In this document: positions 35,707 through 44,691 of the stretch, piece by piece
How the letters are laid out: each line of letters starts with the position of its first letter
Numbering within the stretch: the stretch's first letter is position 1
NCBI GenBank assembly: GCA_035503995.1
Contig: DATJSQ010000266.1
Location: forward strand, 1 to 45,897
Source of the DNA: Verrucomicrobiia bacterium
GTDB lineage: Bacteria > Verrucomicrobiota > Verrucomicrobiia > Limisphaerales > UBA11358
Direction: 5' to 3'
DNA length: 45,897 nucleotides
Notes under the pieces: model-generated
Seen by the model: the letters and a program-made list of their open reading frames with translations, nothing else
Databases searched by the model: none
Told to the model about the DNA's origin: nothing
Translations under genes and position numbers: made by a program

Positions 35707-38088
35707 TCAGGGTGAGGCGAGGGTCCGCTGCTCTCGATCTGGTCCAACGATTTCCACCGGCTCGCCATCATAATGAACGATGGCATCCGGCCTGTCAGCC
35801 GAAGCGATTCCTGCGCCGTGATCGTCCGAAATCCATACCACGTTGAAGGTGCGTTCCTTCAACATACCCGGAAACTTTCCGGCGCGCTTGCCGATCTCCA
35901 GCGTGTGCGTTGCCTCATGCCAGGATATTGGAATCGTGGCGAATTTTCCTTTTTCATAATTGTAATTGTCGCCTTCATCTTCATAGAGTGTAAAGCTGCC
36001 GTTTGCGCCGCGATACACCCGAATCTCAATCGGATCAGATTTCTCCATCGCATATTCGATTTGCGGGCCATACGGGATGATTGAGCCGGCCCGAACGAAA
36101 AGCGGCATAATTTCAATCGGCGCCGCCGCTTCAAGCGTTTGCCCGCCGGGATAACTCGTCCCGGTCCAAAAATCATACCATGTCGGACCGGCGGGAAGAT
36201 AAACGGCGCGCGTCGTCACATTGGATTGCGTGACCGGGCAAACCAGAATGGCCTGGCCGAAGAGATATTCGTCACCGAGGTTGACTACGTTTGTATCGGA
36301 TCCAAAATCCATGATGAGCGGACGCATCATGGTGTAGCCCTCGCTGGTGACCCGCCAGGAGGTCGAGTAAATGTAGGGCAGCAATCGGTAGCGGAGGTCA
36401 ATGAAGTTCTCCATTATTTTTTGGGTGGGCTGGTCCCACCGCCAAAGTTCCTTGGGCGCGTCCGTGCCATGCACACGGAACATCGGGCAAAACGCGCCGA
36501 ACTGGAACCAGCGCGTGAATAATTCCTGATAGGCCGGGTCGTGAAGTTTCGCGCCGAAGAATCCCCCAATGTCCGTGTTCCAATAAGGAATGCCGCTGAT
36601 GGAAAAATTCAACCCGGCAGGAATTTGTCTGGCGAAGACATTCCACGTACCGCGAACGTCGCCCGACCAAACGATGGCAGCGTTCCGTTGCTGACCCGCC
36701 CACGCCGAGCGCGTAAGAATGCAAACCCGCTTTTGGTCCGTTTCCGCGCGCTGCCCCTGATACACCGCCGTCGTGTGGAGAAGTGGATAGGCGTTGAACA
36801 CCTTGACGCCGGGACCCCCCGCCGTTTGAATCGTGCGGAACTCACCCCAGCGAACGTCCAACTCCGGCTCCGACGCGTCGAGCCACCAGGCGTCAATGCC
36901 CAGCTTGAACAGGTCGTCGGACATCTGCCGCCAGTAAATCCGACGACCGACCGGATTGAATGGATCATACCACTGGTTCGACTCCGTCGGAATGGACCAA
37001 CTATAACCGGGGAACATCGGAGCATACAGGACGCCGGCGCGGCGCAGTTCGTTGTAGTTCGAAGTGCCCAAATCGAATTTTGCCCAGACCGAAATCATCA
37101 CGTGGGCGTGCATCGCATGCAATTCGCGGATCATCGCGGCCGGATGCGGATAACGTGCCGGGTCGAATTGGTGTGAACCCCAGGCGCCACTCGGCCAATA
37201 TTGCCAATCCTGAATGATGCCATCCAACGGCACGTGACGCCGGCGGTATTCGGCGACGACGTTTGTCAACTCCTCCGCGCTGGCATAGTGCTCCTTGCAC
37301 TGCCAAAAACCCCAAACCCATCGGCCCATCATTGGCGCCGCGCCGGTTAATTGGCGATACGAAGCAACCACGTCATCCAATTTGGGGCCATAGATAAAAT
37401 AATAATCTATCGTCCCCGCGGCTTCCGATTCCCAGGAAAGAATTTGCGGGTTCGATTGGCCAACATCCACGTCGCTGATGGCCGGATTGTCCCACATCAC
37501 TCCGTAGCCGCGGCTGGATACCAAAACCGGCACGGCGATTTCGGTGGGGTTGATCTGCTGCAAATGGATCCTCATGCCGCGATAATTCATCGCGCCGTCG
37601 GGATGCTCGCCCAGACCATAAATGGCCTCGTCCGGCGCAAGCACGAATTCATCGCGGCTGCGCAGCGTTTCAATGCCGCCGACGTGATTGGGGGTCAGCG
37701 ACTTCCCGCCTGCGGGATTTTCCGCAAGAATCGGCTCGCCGGATTCGTCAAAAAACGACACCGCGCCGGTCCCGCGACGGACCCGCGCCTCGATTTTGTC
37801 TGTGCGCAGAATGATTTCGTCGTCGGTCTCCTTGAGACTCCACTTCGTGCGTTGCGGCTTGCCGATGACCGCGAAGCTGCTGATCTCCGGCAATTTATCC
37901 TGCGCCGCGTAAGTGACCCGAATCGTGCCCGGGGAATATATTTCCAACCGCATCACGCCGGGACTCATTTGCAGGGTGATACCGTGAGCGTCATTTTTTA
38001 CCGCTAAAACGGATATTGGCGCGGCGAAAGTTGTCGCTGTCAAAAAGCAGATGGCGGAGACAAAAAAAGTGATCCTGAAGAGTTTCAT
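35707..38088 (-). CDS. Secreted GH31 alpha-glucosidase/alpha-xylosidase family enzyme
   Basis: Signal peptide MKLFRITFFVSAICFLTATTFA. GIDAWWLDASEPE (nucleophile region), WSGDVRGTW, YWNTDIGGF and FCPMFRVHG motifs. Confidence 0.85.
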   Translation of the reverse strand: MKLFRITFFVSAICFLTATTFAAPISVLAVKNDAHGITLQMSPGVMRLEIYSPGTIRVTYAAQDKLPEISSFAVIGKPQRTKWSLKETDDEIILRTDKIEARVRRGTGAVSFFDESGEPILAENPAGGKSLTPNHVGGIETLRSRDEFVLAPDEAIYGLGEHPDGAMNYRGMRIHLQQINPTEIAVPVLVSSRGYGVMWDNPAISDVDVGQSNPQILSWESEAAGTIDYYFIYGPKLDDVVASYRQLTGAAPMMGRWVWGFWQCKEHYASAEELTNVVAEYRRRHVPLDGIIQDWQYWPSGAWGSHQFDPARYPHPAAMIRELHAMHAHVMISVWAKFDLGTSNYNELRRAGVLYAPMFPGYSWSIPTESNQWYDPFNPVGRRIYWRQMSDDLFKLGIDAWWLDASEPELDVRWGEFRTIQTAGGPGVKVFNAYPLLHTTAVYQGQRAETDQKRVCILTRSAWAGQQRNAAIVWSGDVRGTWNVFARQIPAGLNFSISGIPYWNTDIGGFFGAKLHDPAYQELFTRWFQFGAFCPMFRVHGTDAPKELWRWDQPTQKIMENFIDLRYRLLPYIYSTSWRVTSEGYTMMRPLIMDFGSDTNVVNLGDEYLFGQAILVCPVTQSNVTTRAVYLPAGPTWYDFWTGTSYPGGQTLEAAAPIEIMPLFVRAGSIIPYGPQIEYAMEKSDPIEIRVYRGANGSFTLYEDEGDNYNYEKGKFATIPISWHEATHTLEIGKRAGKFPGMLKERTFNVVWISDDHGAGIASADRPDAIVHYDGEPVEIVGPDREQRTLASP

Positions 38089-38264
38089 AAAGCCGATTTC
38101 AATTAATCAGGCGCGAGACTATCATCTTCCAGGCAAGGCAAAAAGAGAAAAGAGCTTCAGCCAATTTGGTGACTTGGAACAAAAACGGGATGAGACGTTT
38201 GGAACGGTTCATGCAAGGAAGCCGCCGATAATTCCCTTGCCAAGCGCGACCGGGAACGCAAATC

Positions 38265-39182
38265 ATGAACGATATGAAATCCCCAGTCGTCGCATTGGCC
38301 GTGCTCCTCGCCCTCATGCTCCCGCTCCGCGCCCAGAACATCATCGCGCCGGGCGCGACCTTGCAAAAACTTGCCACCCACTTCGCCTTTACTGAAGGGC
38401 CGACCTGCGACAAAAACGGTGACGTCTTTTTCGTTGACCAGCCCAATAACCGCATCATGGAATGGAGTGTGGACGGCAAATTGTCCACGTTCATGCAGCC
38501 GTCCGGCCACTCGAACGGAATGATGTTTGATGCCAACGGCAATCTGATTTCCTGCGCGGACGAGCACAACGAACTGTGGTCCATTGCGCCGGATAAGACC
38601 GTGACCGTTCTCGTCACCAATTACCAGGGCAAGTATCTCAACGGCCCCAACGACGTCTGGATCACCCCCGGCGGCGGCATTTACATGACCGACCCGTTTT
38701 ATCGGCGCACGTGGTGGGACCACAGCGGGATGGCGCTCAACGGCCAGATGGTTTTTTACCTGACACCCGACCATAAGAATCTTTTTCCCGTCACCGAAAG
38801 CATGGGCCATCCCAACGGCATCACCGGCACGCCGGATGGAAAAACACTCTTCGTCTCCGCGCTGAGTGACGGCCAGACGTGGCGTTATGACATCCTGCCG
38901 GACGGTTCCCTGACCAACAAAACGCTCTTTTGCGACAGAGGCTCCGACGGCATGACAATTGATGAAAACGGGGACCTGATCATGTGCGCCGGACCCGGCC
39001 CGACCAATGGCGTTTCCATCTTTAATCCGCAGGGCAAATTAATCTGCCACATTGACGTGCCGGAATCCTGGTCGGCCAATGTTTGTTTCGGCGGCAGGGA
39101 CCATCGGACGCTGTTCATCACCGCCAGCACCTCCTTTTATTCCATCCGGATGAGCGTGAAGGGCGCCAATCCTGCAAAATGA
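38265..39182 (+). CDS. Secreted SMP-30/gluconolactonase/LRE-like beta-propeller protein
   Basis: Signal peptide, FTEGPTCDKNGDVFFVDQPNNRIMEW, NGPNDVWITPGGGIYMTDP and PNGITGTPDGKTLFVS. Confidence 0.8.
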   Translation: MNDMKSPVVALAVLLALMLPLRAQNIIAPGATLQKLATHFAFTEGPTCDKNGDVFFVDQPNNRIMEWSVDGKLSTFMQPSGHSNGMMFDANGNLISCADEHNELWSIAPDKTVTVLVTNYQGKYLNGPNDVWITPGGGIYMTDPFYRRTWWDHSGMALNGQMVFYLTPDHKNLFPVTESMGHPNGITGTPDGKTLFVSALSDGQTWRYDILPDGSLTNKTLFCDRGSDGMTIDENGDLIMCAGPGPTNGVSIFNPQGKLICHIDVPESWSANVCFGGRDHRTLFITASTSFYSIRMSVKGANPAK

Positions 39183-39359
39183 AAGCCGAAAACATACTGA
39201 AATTCACTGAAATATTTCCGGCTTGGTATTACCGCCGCGGCCGGGCCATCACTCAATTGATTGGGGCAAACTCGCGTCACGTATTCGTCACATTTCCGTA
39301 ACATGCTTTTCTCTCGCTTGGAGATTGTGTGACGGGACGCAACCTGCTATTCAGGAAGC

Positions 39360-40040
39360 GTGAAGCAGAAGATTCTAGTCGTGGATGACGAGCCCGAGGC
39401 AGTGGAACTGGTTGAGTTCAACCTTAAACAGGCGGGATACGCTGTCAGCACGGCGACGGACGGCGCGGAAGCGCTGAAAAAAGCGCGGTCGCAAACACCG
39501 GACATGATTTTGCTGGACGTGATGCTGCCGGAAATGGACGGGTTTGAGATTTGCAAGACGCTCCGCCTGGAAACCTCGACTGCCCGGACGCCGATTTTGA
39601 TGCTCACGGCCAAGGCGTCGGAAATTGACCGGGTGCTGGGATTGGAGCTGGGCGCCGACGATTATCTTACCAAGCCCTTCAGCCCGCGTGAATTGTTGTT
39701 GCGCATCAAAAAAATCCTTGCCCGCGGGGTGGTGGAGGAAAAATCGAGGGACCAATTGCGCTATGGCGATTTGCTGATTGACGTCCCCCGGCATGTTGCC
39801 AGTTGGAAGGGGAAAGCGATTGAGCTGACGGCGACGGAGTTCAAATTGCTGACGACGCTGGCGCAACGGACGGGGCGGGTGCAGTCACGCGACAGCCTGC
39901 TGCGCGACGTTTGGGAATACGACAGTCTGATTGACACGCGCACGGTGGATACCCACATGCGCCGGTTGCGCGAGAAACTAGGCCCGGCAGCAAAGCATCT
40001 GGACACTGTCCGCGGCGTCGGGTATCGGTTTGTTGAATGA
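39360..40040 (+). CDS. OmpR/PhoB-family response regulator
   Basis: KILVVDDEPE, DMILLDVMLPEMDGF, LTAK, and a winged-helix C-terminus LTATEFKLLTTLA...VDTHMRRLREKL...TVRGVGYRF. GTG start. Confidence 0.9.
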   Translation: MKQKILVVDDEPEAVELVEFNLKQAGYAVSTATDGAEALKKARSQTPDMILLDVMLPEMDGFEICKTLRLETSTARTPILMLTAKASEIDRVLGLELGADDYLTKPFSPRELLLRIKKILARGVVEEKSRDQLRYGDLLIDVPRHVASWKGKAIELTATEFKLLTTLAQRTGRVQSRDSLLRDVWEYDSLIDTRTVDTHMRRLREKLGPAAKHLDTVRGVGYRFVE

Positions 40041-41227
40041 TTTGGGCCATCCCAGCCATTGTCGCGGTCGCCGCCGCGATCGCCATTCATTTCATCTGGC
40101 GGGGCAAATTTCTGCGCCAGCGCCGGCAATTGCAGGCGGACATCGAGGATTTCCACCGCCGGCAGCAGCAAACGAGCATTGATGCGAAGGCGCAGCAGCA
40201 GGTGCTCTTCAATTCGATGATCGAGGGACTGCTTCTGCTTGACCGGAGCCGGAAGATTTACCTGGCCAACCGCGCATTCAAGGACCTGTTTGATTTGAAG
40301 ATTGAATTGCGCGGCAAAACCGTGATGGAGGTGCTACGCCTGCATGAGCTTCAGGAATTGATCGCCCGCGTGGAGACGGAAAAACAGGTGCTGGATTATG
40401 AGTTGAAATTGCCGGAATTGAACGAGCGCTGGCTGCAGGTCAATGCCTCGGCGATCTTCAACTCCGGAGGCGAACGCGAGGGGACCATTTTGGTTTTTCA
40501 TGATTTGACGCGCCTGAAACATCTCGAGCGCACCCGCGAGGAATTTGTGGCCAATGTGAGTCATGAATTGCGCACGCCTCTCTCGCTCATCAAGGGCTAC
40601 GTTGAAACGCTGCTCGACGGCGCGCGGCACCAGCCGGAGGTGACCGCGCGATTTTTGAAGATCATCGAGCGAAATACCCAGCGGCTTGACTTGCTGATTC
40701 AGGATTTGCTTACGATATCCGCGCTGGAATCCGGGCGGGTGAAATTGGAACTTCAGGCGGTGGAATTGCACCCGCTGGTGGATAAAATCTTCAACGATCT
40801 GAAGCCGCCCGCGGATAATAAAAACGTGACGCTCCTCAATCAGTTGCCAGCGCTCAATGCGACCGGCGATGCGCATCGGCTGGAGCAGGTCTTCGCCAAT
40901 CTGGTGGACAATGCCATCAAGTATGGCCGCGCCCACGGGCGCGTGACTGTCGGCGGACAGAGCCTGGGCAACGGAAAAGTCGAAGTCTTCGTTCAGGACG
41001 ATGGGCCGGGAATTCCCGTGGAATCGCTGGACCGGATTTTTGAGCGGTTTTATCGCGTGGACAAGGCGCGGTCGCGGGACCAGGGGGGCACCGGATTGGG
41101 ACTGTCCATTGTAAAACATATCGTTCAAGGCCACGGCGGCGAGGTATGGGCCAAGAGTGAATTGGGCAAAGGCGCAACGTTCTTCTTCACGCTGCCCATG
41201 AACCCGGGGACCCACACCTCACCCTGA
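40037..41227 (+). CDS. PhoR-like sensor histidine kinase (TM, PAS, HisKA, HATPase)
   Basis: FVANVSHELRTPLSLIKGYVETL H-box, NLVDNAIKY N-box, DDGPGIP and GGTGLGLSIVKHIV. ATGA overlap with the regulator. Confidence 0.9.
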   Translation: MIWAIPAIVAVAAAIAIHFIWRGKFLRQRRQLQADIEDFHRRQQQTSIDAKAQQQVLFNSMIEGLLLLDRSRKIYLANRAFKDLFDLKIELRGKTVMEVLRLHELQELIARVETEKQVLDYELKLPELNERWLQVNASAIFNSGGEREGTILVFHDLTRLKHLERTREEFVANVSHELRTPLSLIKGYVETLLDGARHQPEVTARFLKIIERNTQRLDLLIQDLLTISALESGRVKLELQAVELHPLVDKIFNDLKPPADNKNVTLLNQLPALNATGDAHRLEQVFANLVDNAIKYGRAHGRVTVGGQSLGNGKVEVFVQDDGPGIPVESLDRIFERFYRVDKARSRDQGGTGLGLSIVKHIVQGHGGEVWAKSELGKGATFFFTLPMNPGTHTSP

Positions 41228-41266
41228 TCCCCTCCATGAATCCAAGGGGCCCTTACCTCACCCTGA

Positions 41267-41302
41267 CCCTCTCCCCTCCCATCGGATGGGAGCGGAGAGG
41301 GG
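41267..41302. repeat. GC-rich imperfect hairpin just after the kinase gene
   Basis: CCCTCTCCCCTCCC atcggat GGGAGCGGAGAGGGG (about 14-bp stem, one mismatch). No following T-tract. Confidence 0.6.
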
Positions 41303-41454
41303 ACAGCAAGCGGATGCCAACTGTCGCATGGATGTCCAGCCATCGGCGGCGGGTTCAGGGGTCCAATGCGCGAATTCTTTTGGGAAAATCTCTCCATGAA
41401 CCGGAGCGGTGTCGGCTCCCTGACGGACGCACTTACCAACCCGCTTGCCGTCGT

Positions 41455-41596
41455 GGAGTGCGGCGGCAACCCCGAACGTTTTCGGGGGACGCCGCTTTGG
41501 GGAAGGCCCGGGACGTTTGGGAAGACCTTGAAATGCGGAAGTGGATCCCAGCTCGAAAGCGGTGTCAGCCCCATTCCCCGCCAGCCACCGCACTCC
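41455..41596. repeat. Nested palindromic (REP/MITE-like or structured RNA) element
   Basis: Outer arms GGAGTGCGGCGGC (41455-41467) and GCCACCGCACTCC (41584-41596) pair in 12 of 13 positions. Inner perfect hairpin CCCCGAAcgttTTCGGGG at 41470-41487. The second arm pair GACGCCGCTTTGGGG / GAAAGCGGTGTC...CCCCA is partly complementary. Confidence 0.6.
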
Positions 41597-41881
41597 ACGA
41601 CGCTATCGCGCTTAAGGGAGCATTTCGCAGGTTCATGGTCCCAATGCGCGGCAAAAAAGCCGTGGAGGCTGCCTAGGAGCGGTTAAAGAGGTTTTTGCAT
41701 CCTGCAACCTTGTCTGAACGTCGAAGGTTGCGCGATGCAATCGTTCCGGGATTCATTGCCTCCGCGTTTTGTTGATTTCCTGCATTTGCCGGTGTTTCAA
41801 AGATTTTTGCCGGCGGCATATCCATTGCTATTGTTTTGGGTGAAGGCTGTTACTGAAATTTTAAAAGCTGAGAGAAGAACG

Positions 41882-42388
41882 ATGAATACATTACAAGATT
41901 TATTTCTGGATGCGCTGGCGGACATGTATTACGCCGAGAAACAATTGACGAAAGCGCTTCCGAAGATGGCCAAGACGGCGACGCATGCGGAATTGCGCGA
42001 GGGGTTTGAGTCGCATTTGGCCGAAACGGAAGGGCATGTGCAAAAACTCGAACAGATTTTCGAGATGTTCGGCGAGAAGGCCAAGACGAAACGGTGCCCG
42101 GCCATTCTGGGCATCATTGACGAGGCGGAAGAACTGATTTCGGAGAATAAGAAGTCGCCGACCATCAATGCGGCGCTGATTTTCGGGGCGCAAAAAGCCG
42201 AGCATTATGAGATCGGGTCGTATGGGGCACTGCGCGAATGGGCGAAACTGCTTGGACGCGAAGATGCGGCCAGGGTGATTGATGAGATATTGGCGCAGGA
42301 AAAGGCCGCCGATGCGAAGTTGAACAAACTGGCCATGGAGCGCATCAACCAGGATGCGCAGTCCGAAGGGATGAAAATGGCGGCATAA
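41882..42388 (+). CDS. Ferritin-like DUF892 (YciE/YciF-type) stress protein
   Basis: MNTLQDLFLDALADMYYAEKQLTKALPKMA, ETEGHVQKLEQIF, EHYEIGSYGAL and ILAQEKAAD. Start at the ATG at 41882 rather than the ORF start at 41735. Confidence 0.85.
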   Translation: MNTLQDLFLDALADMYYAEKQLTKALPKMAKTATHAELREGFESHLAETEGHVQKLEQIFEMFGEKAKTKRCPAILGIIDEAEELISENKKSPTINAALIFGAQKAEHYEIGSYGALREWAKLLGREDAARVIDEILAQEKAADAKLNKLAMERINQDAQSEGMKMAA

Positions 42389-42433
42389 ACGAAGAATTTA
42401 CCGGCGTCCTCAACAAACGCCGGTCTCCCCCAA

Positions 42434-42474
42434 AACAGCCGGGATTGCCTGTATTCCGGCTGTTTTCTTTTTTT
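42434..42474 (+). terminator. Rho-independent terminator of the DUF892 gene
   Basis: AACAGCCGG (42434-42442), a 13-nt loop, CCGGCTGTT (42456-42464), running into TTTTCTTTTTTT. Confidence 0.8.
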
Positions 42475-42479
42475 GGAAT

Positions 42480-42915
42480 CAACCGCGCGCGGGCACGGCG
42501 AAACACGAAAAAACATTTCTAACCGCAGATGGGCGCAGATAAACGCTGATGGGATGCAAAGACAGAGAAATTGACCGCAGACGGGAAAGACTTGACGTGA
42601 ATTGGCGCGAAGGGAGTGCGAATTAACCGCAGATGACGCGGATAATCGCAGATGGGATTCACAGACAGAAAGTCATAACCGCGGACGGGAAGGACTTGAC
42701 GCGAATTGGCGCGAAGAGGACGCGAATTAACCGCTGATAACGCTGATGGGCGCAGATGGGATCAAAGACAGAGAAATTAACCGCGAAATACACGAAACAA
42801 AAAACAACAGGTTGACGCGAAGGGACCAGTCTTCGCTCAGATGCTACGACTCGGCACGCGCGAATTTGACAAAACATTAACCGCAGATGACGCGGATAAA
42901 CGCAGATAAAAAACA
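42480..42915. repeat. Tandem repeat array with a 104-bp period, built from CGCAGAT-type words
   Basis: Units start with TAACCGC at 42520, 42624 and 42728 (exact 104-bp spacing). A terminal partial copy starts at 42878 and a degenerate partial lies at about 42480. Units 1 and 2 are roughly four-fifths identical by eye. The shared core is GACTTGACG(T/C)GAATTGGCGCGAAG. Confidence 0.85.
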
Positions 42916-42920
42916 ACGAA

Positions 42921-43337
42921 TCAATCTGCCGCTGAATCGAGCGCCCCCGATCGGACAATGCGTTTCCATTGCAATTTGGCTTCCTTGAAATTCAACAGCA
43001 AGGCAAGCTGCAGTTCGGTGATGGCCAGATAACCAATCATCTGGGCAAAATGGGTTTCGCTGAATGCCGTGACGACCTTTGGGTCAACGATCACCGCCTC
43101 GTCCACGATCAGATCGGGAATCAGTTCGCCGACCTCATGCCCCTCGTAGAATACACAAAAGTGTTTTTGCTGCTCGACGCGATGGCCGCGCCGTTTCAAT
43201 TCAACAACCAAGGCGTTCTCGTAGATCTTCTCATCCAGCCCCGGTTTCAAGGAATTGAGAACTTTCATGGCCGCGCCGATGATGTCGCCGCTTAATTCCC
43301 GGTGTGGGTATTCATTCATAAAATAATTAGAATTCAT
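42921..43337 (-). CDS. GxxExxY family protein (PD-(D/E)XK nuclease-like fold)
   Basis: GDIIGAAMKVLNSLKPGLDEKIYENALVVELKRRG carries the G-x2-E-x2-Y signature. IPDLIVDEAVIVDPK is the D...D/ExK-like core, followed by YLAITELQLALLLNF. Confidence 0.8.
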   Translation of the reverse strand: MNSNYFMNEYPHRELSGDIIGAAMKVLNSLKPGLDEKIYENALVVELKRRGHRVEQQKHFCVFYEGHEVGELIPDLIVDEAVIVDPKVVTAFSETHFAQMIGYLAITELQLALLLNFKEAKLQWKRIVRSGALDSAAD

Positions 43338-43367
43338 ATTGCCGCTGCCTCTCGTTAGACTTCACCC

Positions 43368-44243
43368 ATGAAAATCAGCGGGTTCACTTTTTTGCGCAAC
43401 GGCCAAAGGCTCGGCTATCCGTTCGCCGCTTCCATCCGCTCCATCCTGCCGATCGTGGAAGAATTTGTCGTCGCGCTCGGCCCGTGCGACGACGACACGG
43501 AAAAAATCCTGCGCGGAATTGGCGACCCAAAAATTCGCGTCATTCCCACCCAATGGAACGAAAACATCCGTCCCGATTACAGCGTCAAGGGATTTGTCTA
43601 TGGCCAGCAGAAAACGATCGCGCTGTTCAATTGCACCGGCGACTGGGCGTTTTACCTGGAAGCCGACGAGGTGCTGCACGAGGACGACTTGCCGAAAATC
43701 CGCGCCGCCATGGAAAAACATCACGCCGACGAACGCGTCGAGGCGCTTGCTTTCGATTTCCTGCATTTCTACGGCAACGCCAACACCGTCGCCTGGTCGC
43801 CGGGCTGGTATCGGAGCGAAGTCCGCATCATCCGCAACACCATTCCGGCGTGGTCGAGCGAATCGCTGTTTTTCAACGTGGTCGTCAGCCACAAAAAATC
43901 ACGCCAGCCGCGCGCGGCCCACAGCGGGGCGACGATATACCACTACGGCTGGGTGCGCAGCGAGGCGCAGATGAATTTGAAATCCGCCGCCAGCCTCAAA
44001 TACTGGCAGAACCGCAAGGCTGCCGAAGTGAAATATGCGCAGATTGATTCCGCCGCCTTGAAATTATTTACCGGCACGCATCCCAAAACTGTCCAGGACT
44101 GGCTGCCGAAGGCCGAAGGAATTTTCCAGCCTAACCCGAACCACCAACTGACCGCGCGGGAAAAAAAGCATCGCCGGATGCTGTGGCTGGAAAAGACTTT
44201 CAGGCTCCGGTTTAACAAAAAGCATTACCGATTGGTGAAATAA
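43368..44243 (+). CDS. Family 2-like glycosyltransferase
   Basis: ISGFTFLRNGQRLGYPFAASIRSILPIVEEFVVALGPCDDDT, plus an acidic LEADEVLHEDD motif where the DxD motif would sit. Confidence 0.6.
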   Translation: MKISGFTFLRNGQRLGYPFAASIRSILPIVEEFVVALGPCDDDTEKILRGIGDPKIRVIPTQWNENIRPDYSVKGFVYGQQKTIALFNCTGDWAFYLEADEVLHEDDLPKIRAAMEKHHADERVEALAFDFLHFYGNANTVAWSPGWYRSEVRIIRNTIPAWSSESLFFNVVVSHKKSRQPRAAHSGATIYHYGWVRSEAQMNLKSAASLKYWQNRKAAEVKYAQIDSAALKLFTGTHPKTVQDWLPKAEGIFQPNPNHQLTAREKKHRRMLWLEKTFRLRFNKKHYRLVK

Positions 44244-44268
44244 TTTTTTACATCATTGAAAAATCTGA

Positions 44269-44604
44269 CATGTCAGGGATTGTTTTGTAAGTTCCGTCAC
44301 GATTGCGGAGATGCGATTCGGAATTGAAAATGCAAATGAATCCCACAGGGAAATCTTGGAGAAGCGCGTCGCTGAAACAGAAAACGATTTTGCGGAAGCG
44401 ATCGAGCCGGTTGATTTGAACTGTTTGGTGCAGTGGAAAAAAGTGGGGGCCTTTCTTAAAAAAAGCCGCCGGACGATTTCATGTGAAGGTTCCCTGCTCG
44501 CGGCGCAATGCCTTTCCAATGGACACATCATGGCTACTGAAAATCTAAAAGATTTTGAAGTGCTCAAACCCATGGGATTAACAGCCGAAAATCCTCTGGC
44601 CTAA
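44269..44604 (+). pseudogene. N-terminally truncated PIN-domain (VapC-like) toxin remnant
   Basis: VTIAEMRFGIE...LLAAQCLSNGHIMATENLKDFEVL matches the middle and C-terminal PIN pattern (aEl.fG ... D.lIAA.A....lvT.N..dF). An in-frame stop at 44266-44268 leaves no room for the N-terminal acidic residues. There is no antitoxin ORF upstream. Confidence 0.55.
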
Positions 44605-44691
44605 AGCGGCCCGTTATTTGATTCCGCGCCACTACCGCGCTTCAACAGACGACATTACCGCATGGTTCGTTGACGTTTGCCTCGAACGCCA

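Noticed and set aside
41125-41686. Four overlapping 106-157-aa ORFs on both strands after the histidine kinase
   Set aside because: They are mutually exclusive, Pro/Gly/Arg-rich and coincide with hairpins and inverted repeats. They are better explained as non-coding repeat DNA.
42480-42915. Possible CRISPR array
   Set aside because: The repeats are directly tandem with a 104-bp period and no unique spacers. Units are degenerate rather than identical, and there are no cas genes in the window.
42659-42958. 99-aa minus-strand ORF across the tandem repeat
   Set aside because: It is a translation of the repeat words (ICAHQRYQRLIRV..., IRACRVV...). It overlaps the 3' end of the GxxExxY gene and has no independent coding signal.
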